Counted from the first letter of the stretch, positions 16,792 through 25,248 are shown. The stretch: DNA of 64,000 nucleotides from Lachnospiraceae bacterium (GCA_045537735.1 JAZSPZ010000052.1:14637-78636); one strand, 5' to 3'. Numbers and translations: made by a program. The notes: a model not told the origin generated them from the letters alone.

Positions 16792-19731
16792 ATGAACTAT
16801 TCAAAACATAATACAGAAAAAAAACAAAAGAAATTGGTGTCCAAGCATACCAAGAACAAGAAGAAAATATCATATTGGATATACAAGTCATTTATTTTCA
16901 CATTTCTTTTCTGCATTCTTGCAGGAATCGGTGCAGGCATCGGCATGATTAGCGCCATTATCAGCACCGCTCCCGACATAGCAGAAATTGAACAAAGTGT
17001 ACAGCTAGAAGGTTTCCAAACCACCATTTACAATCAGGACGGTACAGAGCTTACAACTTTATCTACGGCCAATTCCAACCGTATCTATGTAGAATACGAA
17101 AACATACCAGAGGATTTGGTTAATGCCTTTGTGGCAATCGAGGACGAACGTTTTTGGCAGCACAATGGTATCGACGCACGTGGTATTTTAAGAGCCTTTT
17201 TTGTAGGTATTCAGAAGGGTAGTTTTACAGAAGGTGCTTCCACCATTACACAGCAGTTAATCAAGAATCAGGTTTTTAATGTAGGACTAAATGAAACCAC
17301 ATTTATGGATTCCCTGAAACGTAAATTCCAGGAACAGTACCTTGCTATCGAACTAGAAAAACAAATTCAAAAACAAGATATTCTGGAATTATATCTTAAT
17401 GCTATTTATCTCGGACAGGGTTCCAATGGTGTACAAACAGCATCTGAGATATATTTCGGAAAAGAAAACCTTATGGACTTAACATTATCAGAATGCGCGG
17501 TCATTGCTGCCATTACACAGAGTCCAACAGAGTATGATCCGCTTCTTTATCCTGAAAACAATCAAACACGTAAGAATATCGTTCTGGAGAAAATGTTAGA
17601 ACAAGAACTCATCACACAACACGAGTATGATATAGCTATGGCGGATAATGTATATGCCCGCATCTCCACCAACAATAGCGAAGATGAAACAGAAGTAAAA
17701 TCTTACAACTCATACTATATCGATGCAGTAATCAATGCACTAACCACGCAGTTAGTCACTGAATTAGAATACACCGAAACACAAGCCTATAACGCAATCT
17801 ACTCTGGCGGATTAAGCATTTACATTAATCAAGATGCGCAGATCCAGGAAATCTGCGACAACCAGATTAACAACCCTGAAAATTATCCTTCGGGTACTAG
17901 TGTGGCACTTAATTATGCCTTGACATTGCAGGACCCAAAAACAGAAGAGCTTCATAACTATTCCAGTGGTCATTTATTGCAGTACTATATAGAGAAAACA
18001 GGAAACAGCAAATACAATTTAATCTATTCTAGCGAAGATACAGCCCGTGCTGCTGCTGATGAGTACAAGGCAGTGCTAATCGAAAAAACAGGCTATAAGG
18101 AATTGGCAGAATCCTTTTCCACCACAATACAACCGCAGGCCTCTTTCGTGGTAATTGACCAGGCAACAGGATACGTAAAAGCGATTTGTGGCGGACGCGG
18201 AGAAAAAAAGGGTAACCTTACCTTAAACAGAGCAATGGACTCTAAGAGACAACCCGGTTCAACATTCAAGGTTTTATCTACATTTGTACCAGCCTTGGAC
18301 ACGTCCGGTATGTCATTAGCTACCTCCTATAAGGACGAGCCAACCAACTATAGCAACGGCACACCAATCAAAAACTGGTATGCCGGTTACCGCGACGAGC
18401 AAACCATTCGCAGCGCGATACGTGATTCTCTAAATATTATTACTGTAAAGTGTTTCCAAGATGTTACACCGCAGGTGGGATATGATTATTTAGTTAACAT
18501 GGGAATTACCACTTTAAAAAACGGTGAAACCTCTGTAAACGGTATTGTAGAGAATGACATCAATGAATCCATGTGTCTCGGTGGTTTAACAGATGGTGTT
18601 ACCAACTTGGAAATCACTGGTGCATATGCTTCCATCGCCAATAACGGCACCTATGTAGAGCCAACCTTCTATAGCAAGGTATTGGATCACGATGGCAATG
18701 TCCTAATTGATAATACGCCAGAGAAAAAACAAGTAATGAAAGATACAACCGCATGGTTAATCAACGATGCTATGCAGGATGTTGTCACCTCCGGTACCGG
18801 AACTGCAGCTCGCTTATCCAGCGGTATGGTTGTATCAGGAAAAACCGGAACAACATCCAACAACTATGACTATTGGTTCTGTGGTTCAACCCCATATTAT
18901 ACCGCAAGTGTTTGGATGGGATATGACTCTAATACAGATTTTTCTAACAGCAACTACCATAAAATCATGTGGAGAAAAATCATGGACGAGATTGTCTATG
19001 CCAAAGAACTTGACACCTCTGCAAAATTTGAAAAGCCAAGTGGTATTATAACAGAAACCGTATGTGCCAGCTCTGGTGCGCTACCAGCAGATGGCAAATG
19101 CAAAAGTACAATTACAGAATACTTTACAGAGGATACTGTACCAAAAGAAACTTGCACGGTACATCTAACAGTTAAATTATGTGACGAGACACATTACAAG
19201 GCAACCAAATATTGCCCTGAAACCACCGTATACCACTACAAAATATCGGATGATGGTACGATACAATTGGATGATGAGGACGCTGATTTTTCTTTGCCTT
19301 CTGATTACAACACAACTGATTGTCCTGTTCACACAAAGAAAAACAGCAAAAAGAACAACAAAACGGATAAGGAATCAAATGGAGATAACACCTATACCTT
19401 TTCCACTATGGTAGAAGGCGGAGGACAAATTATTGGTCCTTCCGAAGCAGAAGCACACGACACTGTCAGCTTCTCATTTGTTCCAAATGCTGGTTATGTA
19501 ATATCCAATGTCACTATTGATGGTGTTGCTCAGGGTGCAATTACACAGCATACCTTTAGAGACGTTTCCGAAAACCACACCATTGTAGCCACCTTCGTCC
19601 CAAGCACTCCGGAAGATCCACCAACCGTGGAGATTTTCGATGATGAAGCACTGCACCAGCAACCTGAGGATTCCTTTTTCTCAAAATTTGCTACAAGCTT
19701 ACGTGCTATATTTGGAATTATAATCAATTAA
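16792..19731 (+). CDS. Class A penicillin-binding protein (glycosyltransferase plus transpeptidase) with extra C-terminal domains
   Basis: GT51 motifs AIEDERFWQHNGID and GASTITQQL. Transpeptidase motifs GSTFKV and KTGTT. The start is placed at ATG 16792 (AGGAGGG SD) rather than the track's 16660. The C-terminal ~300 aa contain a Cys-rich segment and a beta-rich repeat-like module. Confidence 0.9.
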   Translation: MNYSKHNTEKKQKKLVSKHTKNKKKISYWIYKSFIFTFLFCILAGIGAGIGMISAIISTAPDIAEIEQSVQLEGFQTTIYNQDGTELTTLSTANSNRIYVEYENIPEDLVNAFVAIEDERFWQHNGIDARGILRAFFVGIQKGSFTEGASTITQQLIKNQVFNVGLNETTFMDSLKRKFQEQYLAIELEKQIQKQDILELYLNAIYLGQGSNGVQTASEIYFGKENLMDLTLSECAVIAAITQSPTEYDPLLYPENNQTRKNIVLEKMLEQELITQHEYDIAMADNVYARISTNNSEDETEVKSYNSYYIDAVINALTTQLVTELEYTETQAYNAIYSGGLSIYINQDAQIQEICDNQINNPENYPSGTSVALNYALTLQDPKTEELHNYSSGHLLQYYIEKTGNSKYNLIYSSEDTARAAADEYKAVLIEKTGYKELAESFSTTIQPQASFVVIDQATGYVKAICGGRGEKKGNLTLNRAMDSKRQPGSTFKVLSTFVPALDTSGMSLATSYKDEPTNYSNGTPIKNWYAGYRDEQTIRSAIRDSLNIITVKCFQDVTPQVGYDYLVNMGITTLKNGETSVNGIVENDINESMCLGGLTDGVTNLEITGAYASIANNGTYVEPTFYSKVLDHDGNVLIDNTPEKKQVMKDTTAWLINDAMQDVVTSGTGTAARLSSGMVVSGKTGTTSNNYDYWFCGSTPYYTASVWMGYDSNTDFSNSNYHKIMWRKIMDEIVYAKELDTSAKFEKPSGIITETVCASSGALPADGKCKSTITEYFTEDTVPKETCTVHLTVKLCDETHYKATKYCPETTVYHYKISDDGTIQLDDEDADFSLPSDYNTTDCPVHTKKNSKKNNKTDKESNGDNTYTFSTMVEGGGQIIGPSEAEAHDTVSFSFVPNAGYVISNVTIDGVAQGAITQHTFRDVSENHTIVATFVPSTPEDPPTVEIFDDEALHQQPEDSFFSKFATSLRAIFGIIIN

Positions 19732-19739
19732 CATAAAGA

Positions 19740-19778
19740 GCCATGATATGTTAGGCTACAACATATCATGGCTTTTTT
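19740..19778. terminator. Bidirectional terminator between the PBP gene and spoVAE
   Basis: Perfect 13-bp stem GCCATGATATGTT / AACATATCATGGC with a 7-nt loop, then TTTTTT. Confidence 0.8.
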
Positions 19779-19779
19779 A

Positions 19780-20136
19780 TCACTTAGACATTTTAGGTTG
19801 AAAAACAAGGGATGCTATATAAGATAAAACGAGAGCAGCAGAGGTTCCTACCGCAGCCGCCTTAAATCCACCGCGGAATAGTCCAATAAATCCATCCTGA
19901 TCCACTGCTTCTCGAATCCCTTTCCAAAGATTATAACCGAACCCCGTCAATGGTACAGAAGCACCACTTCCAGCAAACTCTAAAAACGGCTCATATACTC
20001 CTAATGCTCCTAAAACCACTCCTGTACATACCAAAATTACCATAATTCTTCCTGGCATTAACTTTGTTTTTTCCATCAAGATTTGTGCTACCACACATAT
20101 CAATCCACCTATTATAAACACTTTCAAAAATTCCAT
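19780..20136 (-). CDS. spoVAE: Stage V sporulation protein AE (SpoVAE/AEB-type)
   Basis: ~118-aa four-TM protein, MEFLKVFIIGGLICVVAQIL...PLTGFGYNLW. ATG 20136 has GGTGA 5 nt upstream. The track start at 20145 is a GTG overlapping the spoVAD stop. Confidence 0.85.
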   Translation of the reverse strand: MEFLKVFIIGGLICVVAQILMEKTKLMPGRIMVILVCTGVVLGALGVYEPFLEFAGSGASVPLTGFGYNLWKGIREAVDQDGFIGLFRGGFKAAAVGTSAALVLSYIASLVFQPKMSK

Positions 20137-20141
20137 ATTTC

Positions 20142-21173
20142 TCACCTTTGCCCTTCTGTTTTTGTTTCAATCACAACAGCATGCGCAATTCCCGGAACAC
20201 TCTGCCCTTCGTTATAACTAACCGTAGACATCAACGCTCCTGTTGGAACAAACAAAATTTTCCGCAATGTTCCACCTCTAAGCTCATTCATCAACTTCCC
20301 CGCCAATGTCACAGCAGAACAACCGCATCCGGAACCTCCGGCATGTGTATCCTGTTCAGGATTATTATAAATTTCCATACCGCAATCCATATGAATCTTA
20401 GAAATATCATAACCCTGATCTCTTAGAAGTTTGCATAATATTTCCTTTCCTACTATGCCCAAATCACCTGTAACAATTTTGTCGTACGCATCCGGAGAAC
20501 AGTTAAAGTCTTGTAAATGCTGGTAGATAACATCCGCAGCAGCCGGTGCCATACACGCTCCCATATTTGCAGAATCCTTTACCCCGTAATCTACAACTTT
20601 TCCTGTCGTAATCCCAGTAATCATAACATCTCCTTCTTTATCAGATAGTACAAATGCACCACTTCCCGTAACAGTCCATGTAGACGACATCGGTCTTTGA
20701 TTTCCATATTCCAACGGAAAGCGAAACTGCTTCTCAGCACTTGCAAAATGGCTGGACGCAACTGCAACCACGCGGTCAGCATATCCGGCATGAATCGTCA
20801 TAGCACCTAAAGACAATGCCTCTCCCATCGTGGAACAAGCTCCATACAACCCAAATAGAGGGATTTCGAAATCTTTGAGTCCAAAGGTTGTAGCAATCAA
20901 TTGCCCAAGCAAATCACCAGCAAACATATAACGCACGTCTTCTGTCTTTATTTTTGCCTTACGTATAGCTAATGAAACTGTACGTTTCATCATTTCACTC
21001 TCCCCTTCTTCCCAAGATTCTTTTCCTAGTGTGGCATCTTGCACAATCTCATCAAAAGTGTCCTTCAGCGGCCCCTCCCCTTCTTTAGGACCTGCAATAC
21101 ACGCAGCTGACATAATGTATACCGGTTCACAAAACTGAATACTTTGCTTTCCGACCTGTAATTCTTTTTTCAT
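20142..21173 (-). CDS. spoVAD: Stage V sporulation protein AD (thiolase-fold)
   Basis: 343 aa. Length, the immediately downstream spoVAE, and thiolase-like segments (GLYGACSTMGEAL, HAGGSGCGCSAV) fit SpoVAD. Confidence 0.85.
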   Translation of the reverse strand: MKKELQVGKQSIQFCEPVYIMSAACIAGPKEGEGPLKDTFDEIVQDATLGKESWEEGESEMMKRTVSLAIRKAKIKTEDVRYMFAGDLLGQLIATTFGLKDFEIPLFGLYGACSTMGEALSLGAMTIHAGYADRVVAVASSHFASAEKQFRFPLEYGNQRPMSSTWTVTGSGAFVLSDKEGDVMITGITTGKVVDYGVKDSANMGACMAPAAADVIYQHLQDFNCSPDAYDKIVTGDLGIVGKEILCKLLRDQGYDISKIHMDCGMEIYNNPEQDTHAGGSGCGCSAVTLAGKLMNELRGGTLRKILFVPTGALMSTVSYNEGQSVPGIAHAVVIETKTEGQR

Positions 21174-21202
21174 CCATTCACCTCAATTTCATTTTTATAA
21201 GT

Positions 21203-21240
21203 CAAAAGAAAGGGTACCATCAATTGATGATACCCTTTCT
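21203..21240 (-). terminator. Long hairpin / terminator between the small lipoprotein gene and spoVAD
   Basis: AGAAAGGGTACCATCA / TGATGATACCCTTTCT form 16-nt arms with one mismatch. The minus strand then reads TTTT. Confidence 0.55.
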
Positions 21241-21276
21241 ATGGATAGTATAACTACTATTATGTCATTTATTCTA

Positions 21277-21468
21277 TTATTCTTCTACTTCGTCAGCCGT
21301 TTCCTGCAGTTCTTGAATATTCTCATTATATTCGCTAACTGCCTCTCTTGCGTCATCCTTACGTTCTAAGGTCTGATCAAGCACACCATTCATATCTTGT
21401 GAATCAGTACAGCCAACCAAAGAACACATACATACTGCCAACAATCCTCCAATTATAATCTTTTTCAT
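21277..21468 (-). CDS. Small lipoprotein (63 aa)
   Basis: MKKIIIGGLLAVCMCSLVGC lipobox, AAGGAGGG SD, acidic mature part. Confidence 0.65.
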   Translation of the reverse strand: MKKIIIGGLLAVCMCSLVGCTDSQDMNGVLDQTLERKDDAREAVSEYNENIQELQETADEVEE

Positions 21469-21479
21469 TACAACCCTCC

Positions 21480-22394
21480 TTAAGAATTTGCCACACCACT
21501 AATCATCCAAGGTGATGGTTGCGCTACCATCACACTGCGTTTATCACTCTTTGCCACTGAAATCTGTAATGTTTCTGTGGTGTCAATATTATATTTTGCA
21601 AAAATATTTTTAATGCTTACCACCATGTCCAACTCGAGCGTGTATACGATAAACTGCATTTTAGGATTCACTTTCAACAACACTGCAATCTCTTCTTCCA
21701 AACGCTTAGATGCCACAATAAATGCCAACCTAGGGGTAGGAACCGTTGCCATATTCTCCTCAGTAACATTTGGAATAATCTCAATGTTATGCACGCCAAA
21801 CTTACTTACATTATCTTGCATCGCACGCATATCTCTAGCGTCAGGTTCCACCGCAATAATTGTACCTTCACTGGCTGTAATTGCCGCTTCAATAGCAATA
21901 CTTTCACCACTTACAATACAAATTGTGTCACCCACATCACAAGACAACATATTCATGATTACGGCTCGAATCTCATGCCCAACATAATTAACGGACCCTC
22001 TAGAGAAAAATTCGTTACGAATTCCATATCTAGATGCCTCTCTTGTATTCTCATTAATGATAAAAATAACGATTGGCTCTTCAATTTTTTTATCCATATA
22101 TTCTTTCACCTTGCTAGTAGTAACCTCTTCTTCTCCGCAAAGTCCACGACCAATCCACATATCATAATCGCCATAGCCACCTTCCCATAACTCATAGAAC
22201 AAATCAGCATGGCTCTCATCTGCAAATATCATAACACGTTTGTGTGTTTCAATTGTAGGAAGAACATTCTTCTTTTTTCCACAAATGTTCAACATCTTAA
22301 TCTTTTCCGGACTAACCTCCATAAGATCCGCAAAACACCCCACCCAGGATAACATTGCGCCGCTATCATACATCTTCATTCCACTTGACTCCAT
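21480..22394 (-). CDS. CobL-like (partial CbiE half plus CbiT-like Rossmann domain) protein with a degenerate SAM-binding motif
   Basis: The layout resembles precorrin-6Y methyltransferase. FFSRGSVNYVGHEIRAVIMNMLSCDVGDTICIVSGESIAIEAAI...IIAVEPD aligns by eye with CbiT F.R....MTK.EVRA..L..L......DIGAGTGS.SIEAA...V.AIE. The MTK and GxGxG positions are not conserved. GGGAGG SD. Confidence 0.45.
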   Translation of the reverse strand: MESSGMKMYDSGAMLSWVGCFADLMEVSPEKIKMLNICGKKKNVLPTIETHKRVMIFADESHADLFYELWEGGYGDYDMWIGRGLCGEEEVTTSKVKEYMDKKIEEPIVIFIINENTREASRYGIRNEFFSRGSVNYVGHEIRAVIMNMLSCDVGDTICIVSGESIAIEAAITASEGTIIAVEPDARDMRAMQDNVSKFGVHNIEIIPNVTEENMATVPTPRLAFIVASKRLEEEIAVLLKVNPKMQFIVYTLELDMVVSIKNIFAKYNIDTTETLQISVAKSDKRSVMVAQPSPWMISGVANS

Positions 22395-22510
22395 AAAAAG
22401 TACCTCCCATCCTGTTCAAATCCATATGTAAGCGTTTCTACTTTTTCCAAAGATAAAATCTTTCCCTATTTATATATTGTATCCCAAACCCATGGATTTT
22501 ACAATCCATT

Positions 22511-22552
22511 TTCAATGAATATAATTTCGATTTTCATTGAACATAATTTCGG
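22511..22552. promoter_or_regulatory. Tandem 19-bp repeat, each with an internal TTCAnTGAA palindrome (candidate MarR operator)
   Basis: ttcaatgaatataatttcg (22511-22529) and ttcattgaacataatttcg (22534-22552) match at 17/19 positions. They lie just upstream of the -35 of the MarR gene promoter. Confidence 0.45.
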
Positions 22553-22565
22553 TTCATACATGATA

Positions 22566-22594
22566 TTGACAATTATCCACTATTCTGCTATGTT
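22566..22594 (+). promoter_or_regulatory. Sigma-A-type promoter for the MarR gene
   Basis: TTGACA (22566-22571), 17-nt spacer, TATGTT (22589-22594). Confidence 0.5.
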
Positions 22595-22647
22595 TGTTTT
22601 GTTGATGGTTCAACATTAATAACATTAACATCGAATGAGGATTTTTT

Positions 22648-23082
22648 ATGATTACACGTTTCGAAATATTTACTACAACTATTACACAGATTTATAAAAA
22701 TTTGCAAAAAATCAAAATGCAAGAAATGGCTGATTTGGAGCTTCGAGGCATCCATGTTATGTGTCTATTTCAGTTGAATCGTCATCCAGAAGGTTTAACA
22801 GTAACACAGTTAAGCAGTTTGTGTGGCGAAGACAAGGCCGCCACTTCCAGAACAGTTTCTGACTTAATCCAAAAGGGGTTAATCAACACTGACACAGAAA
22901 AAAAATACCGTGCTCCAATTATACTAACAGAAAACGGGCGAAATATTGCCAATCAGATTGACAAGCAAGCAGCACAGGCTGTGGAAGCAGTAGGAAAGGG
23001 GCTAACCAACGAGGAACGAGAAACCCTTTATAAAGCCCTCACTATCATTTCGGAGAATCTAAAAAATTATTCCAACGATTAA
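22648..23082 (+). CDS. MarR-family transcriptional regulator
   Basis: 144 aa. Winged-HTH region LTVTQLSSLCGEDKAATSRTVSDLIQKGLI, typical MarR length. Confidence 0.8.
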   Translation: MITRFEIFTTTITQIYKNLQKIKMQEMADLELRGIHVMCLFQLNRHPEGLTVTQLSSLCGEDKAATSRTVSDLIQKGLINTDTEKKYRAPIILTENGRNIANQIDKQAAQAVEAVGKGLTNEERETLYKALTIISENLKNYSND

Positions 23083-23106
23083 GTAAAAATATAACTTCAC
23101 AAACAA

Positions 23107-23137
23107 AAACCTATACAGTTGCCTGTATAGGTTTTTG
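23107..23137 (+). terminator. Rho-independent terminator after the MarR gene
   Basis: AAACCTATACAG-TTGC-CTGTATAGGTTT perfect 12-bp stem followed by TTTGT. Confidence 0.8.
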
Positions 23138-23154
23138 TATCTTCATGCATTGTG

Positions 23155-23328
23155 CTACTCCATTCGGTATTCCAACAACTCATATATCAATCTTGTACCT
23201 TCCACGATACCATCTGGCAATAAAGCTCTTGCCACTAATTTCATATCTTCCTCTGGGTGTTCCACCTGTCTCAAATGGGCATAATCCCCATCAATTTTCT
23301 CTACTACATACAATATTGCTTCCATCAT
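23155..23328 (-). CDS. DUF3006-like small protein (57 aa), below the ORF-track size cut-off
   Basis: My own translation: MMEAILYVVEKIDGDYAHLRQVEHPEEDMKLVARALLPDGIVEGTRLIYELLEYRME. GGGAGG SD 3 nt before the first ATG. The pattern (I.D.IEGD.A.L......LP....EG..L) matches my recollection of DUF3006. Confidence 0.55.
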   Translation of the reverse strand: MMEAILYVVEKIDGDYAHLRQVEHPEEDMKLVARALLPDGIVEGTRLIYELLEYRME

Positions 23329-23382
23329 TACCTCCCACTAATTGTTCTATATACCGCGAAATGCATTTCTTCACTTGTATGC

Positions 23383-23583
23383 CTATCGTCCATACTTTTT
23401 CTGATAGGCTTTCACTTCCGCATCCGAACGTGCCAACTCTGCATACAACAGCCTACCAGTTTTGGGGTTGCGAAATCCCACTGTCATTTCTCCTGTGCAT
23501 ATACTTTTATCTACCTCTATTGCAAAATCCTCACACTCTTTTGGTATTGGAATCATCTTTTCCTTTTTTTGAAAGAACTTCAT
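23383..23583 (-). CDS. Conserved-looking small protein (67 aa), function unknown
   Basis: MKFFQKKEKMIPIPKECEDFAIEVDKSICTGEMTVGFRNPKTGRLLYAELARSDAEVKAYQKKYGR. The start is chosen at the internal ATG 23583 of the 87-aa track ORF. It lies in the same orientation as, and 54 bp upstream of, the DUF3006-like ORF. Confidence 0.5.
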   Translation of the reverse strand: MKFFQKKEKMIPIPKECEDFAIEVDKSICTGEMTVGFRNPKTGRLLYAELARSDAEVKAYQKKYGR

Positions 23584-23692
23584 AATATATACTCCAAAAA
23601 TAGCATTTTTATCATCATACACCAGTATTTTTATACTTGCAAGCACTATTGCAAGCCTTGATTTTACTAATGTTTCTCATTCGAAAATATTT

Positions 23693-23773
23693 TTGACAAC
23701 TTTTTTTGTCAAAAACCATTGACAAAGATAATTGTCAGTGTTATTCTATGTGCATGACAAGCATAGTTGTCAA
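23693..23773. promoter_or_regulatory. Array of three 20-bp palindromes TTGACAA-N6-TTGTCAA (candidate XRE operator array) in a divergent promoter region
   Basis: IR1 is 23693-23712 (perfect). IR2 is 23719-23738 (13/14 arm positions). IR3 is 23754-23773 (13/14). Weaker half-site pairs occur at 23775-23793 and 23796-23815. TTGACA of IR2, a 17-nt spacer and TATTCT (23742-23747) also read as a promoter. Confidence 0.55.
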
Positions 23774-23841
23774 TTTGCAAATACAATTTGTCATTATGAA
23801 TACATTTGTTGTCAAAACAACAAAGAAAGGAAGTTGAGAAT

Positions 23842-24072
23842 ATGCCTTTATACAATCGATTAAAAGAATACCGGGCAAAGATATCGGTAAACCAACAGGA
23901 ACTAGGCACTATGGTAGGCGCCTCAAGACAAACAATCAGTTTGATTGAGCGCGGAGACTACTCTCCCTCTGTTACATTAGCCCTTAAGATTGCCAAGGTG
24001 TTTGATGTTCCAGTAGAGGATATATTTGATTACGTAGAAGATGATGAGGACATGGGAGGAAATGAAGAATGA
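23842..24072 (+). CDS. Small XRE-family HTH transcriptional regulator
   Basis: MPLYNRLKEYRAKISVNQQELGTMVGASRQTISLIERGDYSPSVTLALKIAKVF. The start is placed at ATG 23842 (GAAAGGAAG upstream). The stop overlaps the next ATG (ATGA). Confidence 0.85.
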   Translation: MPLYNRLKEYRAKISVNQQELGTMVGASRQTISLIERGDYSPSVTLALKIAKVFDVPVEDIFDYVEDDEDMGGNEE

Positions 24073-24884
24073 GTAAGAATAACAAAGTGAAGGTGGACAG
24101 CCCGGAATATAACAAGAAAACAAAAAATAAATTTATTATCATTATGATTGTTTGTTTTGCAATCGGTGGTTTAGGCGGATATCTTTGTGCAGCCGCAACC
24201 GATTTTTTCAAAGGCGATTTAGCTGATATAGGAAAATGGATTGGAGACAAGCTACCATATTTCCAGACTAGCATTATTCCTTGGTTTTTGCTTGGTTTTG
24301 CTATCATCTGCTGGATTATAGGAGAAATATGGCTTAAGAAAGCCAAGCAGCAAATTGCCACCTGGGACGGCGAAGACGATGAACACATTGATGTTGCCGA
24401 TTTGTACCTATCTAACGTATTAACTGTCAGCAATGTTTTGATGATTTCTATCCAGTTTATATTTGGTATTGCTACTTATCAACTAATGTCTACCATCCAA
24501 ACAATCGAAAACATCGGTATGGTTTTACTTAACGTTGTATTCTACTTTGTAAGTTTTTTCATCACTATTTCACTACAAAGTCGTGCAGTGAAAGCAATCA
24601 AAGAATATGCACCTGAAAAGAAAGGTAGCATTTATGACTTTAAGTTTCAAAAATTATGGTATCAAAGTTGTGACGAAGCAGAACGAAAACTTGTCGGTGA
24701 AGCTTCCTACCGTACTGTACAAACCATGAACAATGTTTTTTCTAGTTTCATGACTGTCACTACAGTCATTGCTATGTTCATTCCGATTGGCTTTTTATGT
24801 ACATTCTTTATCGGTGTATTATGGCTGATTATGACATGTATCTACTGTAGCGTATGCAAGGAATTAGAGCACGGAAAAAAGTAA
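24069..24884 (+). CDS. Polytopic membrane protein, DUF3169-like (typical partner of small XRE regulators in Firmicutes)
   Basis: 271 aa with several TM helices, translationally coupled to the XRE gene. The family name is from memory of this two-gene context and is not verified. Confidence 0.6.
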   Translation: MSKNNKVKVDSPEYNKKTKNKFIIIMIVCFAIGGLGGYLCAAATDFFKGDLADIGKWIGDKLPYFQTSIIPWFLLGFAIICWIIGEIWLKKAKQQIATWDGEDDEHIDVADLYLSNVLTVSNVLMISIQFIFGIATYQLMSTIQTIENIGMVLLNVVFYFVSFFITISLQSRAVKAIKEYAPEKKGSIYDFKFQKLWYQSCDEAERKLVGEASYRTVQTMNNVFSSFMTVTTVIAMFIPIGFLCTFFIGVLWLIMTCIYCSVCKELEHGKK

Positions 24885-24899
24885 ATCAAGGAGAGTTAT

Positions 24900-25247
24900 A
24901 TGGATTCCACATTCTATCTGTGTTGTGTTCTCCCTCTTATTATTTTATTCATCATAAACCGACGTGGAGAACAACAAGCCATACATCATATTAAAAGAAA
25001 GAAAAACAAAAAGGAGACTACATATATGTTGGAATTAGCAAAGCAATTTATCGGACAGGATTGTATCATTTACTTTCTAGGGACTTCCACTGTCAGTGGT
25101 GTCATCAAGGAAATCTCTGAAAGTGGTAATGCCATTTTAATTGAAAATGGTAAAGATGTTGACTTGGTTAATCTGGAATTTGTTACACGAATTCGCAAAT
25201 ATCCATTGAACAAAAAGGGGAAAAGAAAAGAGCTTATACTAGATTAA
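24900..25247 (+). CDS. Small hypothetical protein (115 aa; possible alternative 73-aa product from internal start 25026)
   Basis: AAGGAGAG SD before ATG 24900 (N-terminal TM helix). A second good SD (AAGGAGA) precedes the in-frame ATG 25026 (MLELAKQFIGQDCIIYFLG...). Confidence 0.5.
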   Translation: MDSTFYLCCVLPLIILFIINRRGEQQAIHHIKRKKNKKETTYMLELAKQFIGQDCIIYFLGTSTVSGVIKEISESGNAILIENGKDVDLVNLEFVTRIRKYPLNKKGKRKELILD

Positions 25248-25248
25248 T

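Noticed and set aside
21174-21260. Sigma-G-type promoter for spoVAD
   Set aside because: I searched the minus strand for GHATR-N17/18-CATnnTA and found no acceptable spacing. Only ~30 nt separate the long hairpin from the SD. The spoVAD promoter is left unresolved rather than called.
23709-24433. Minus-strand ORFs of 66 and 149 aa overlapping the XRE/DUF3169-like genes
   Set aside because: They are antisense to a translationally coupled + strand gene pair with good SDs, and they have no motifs.
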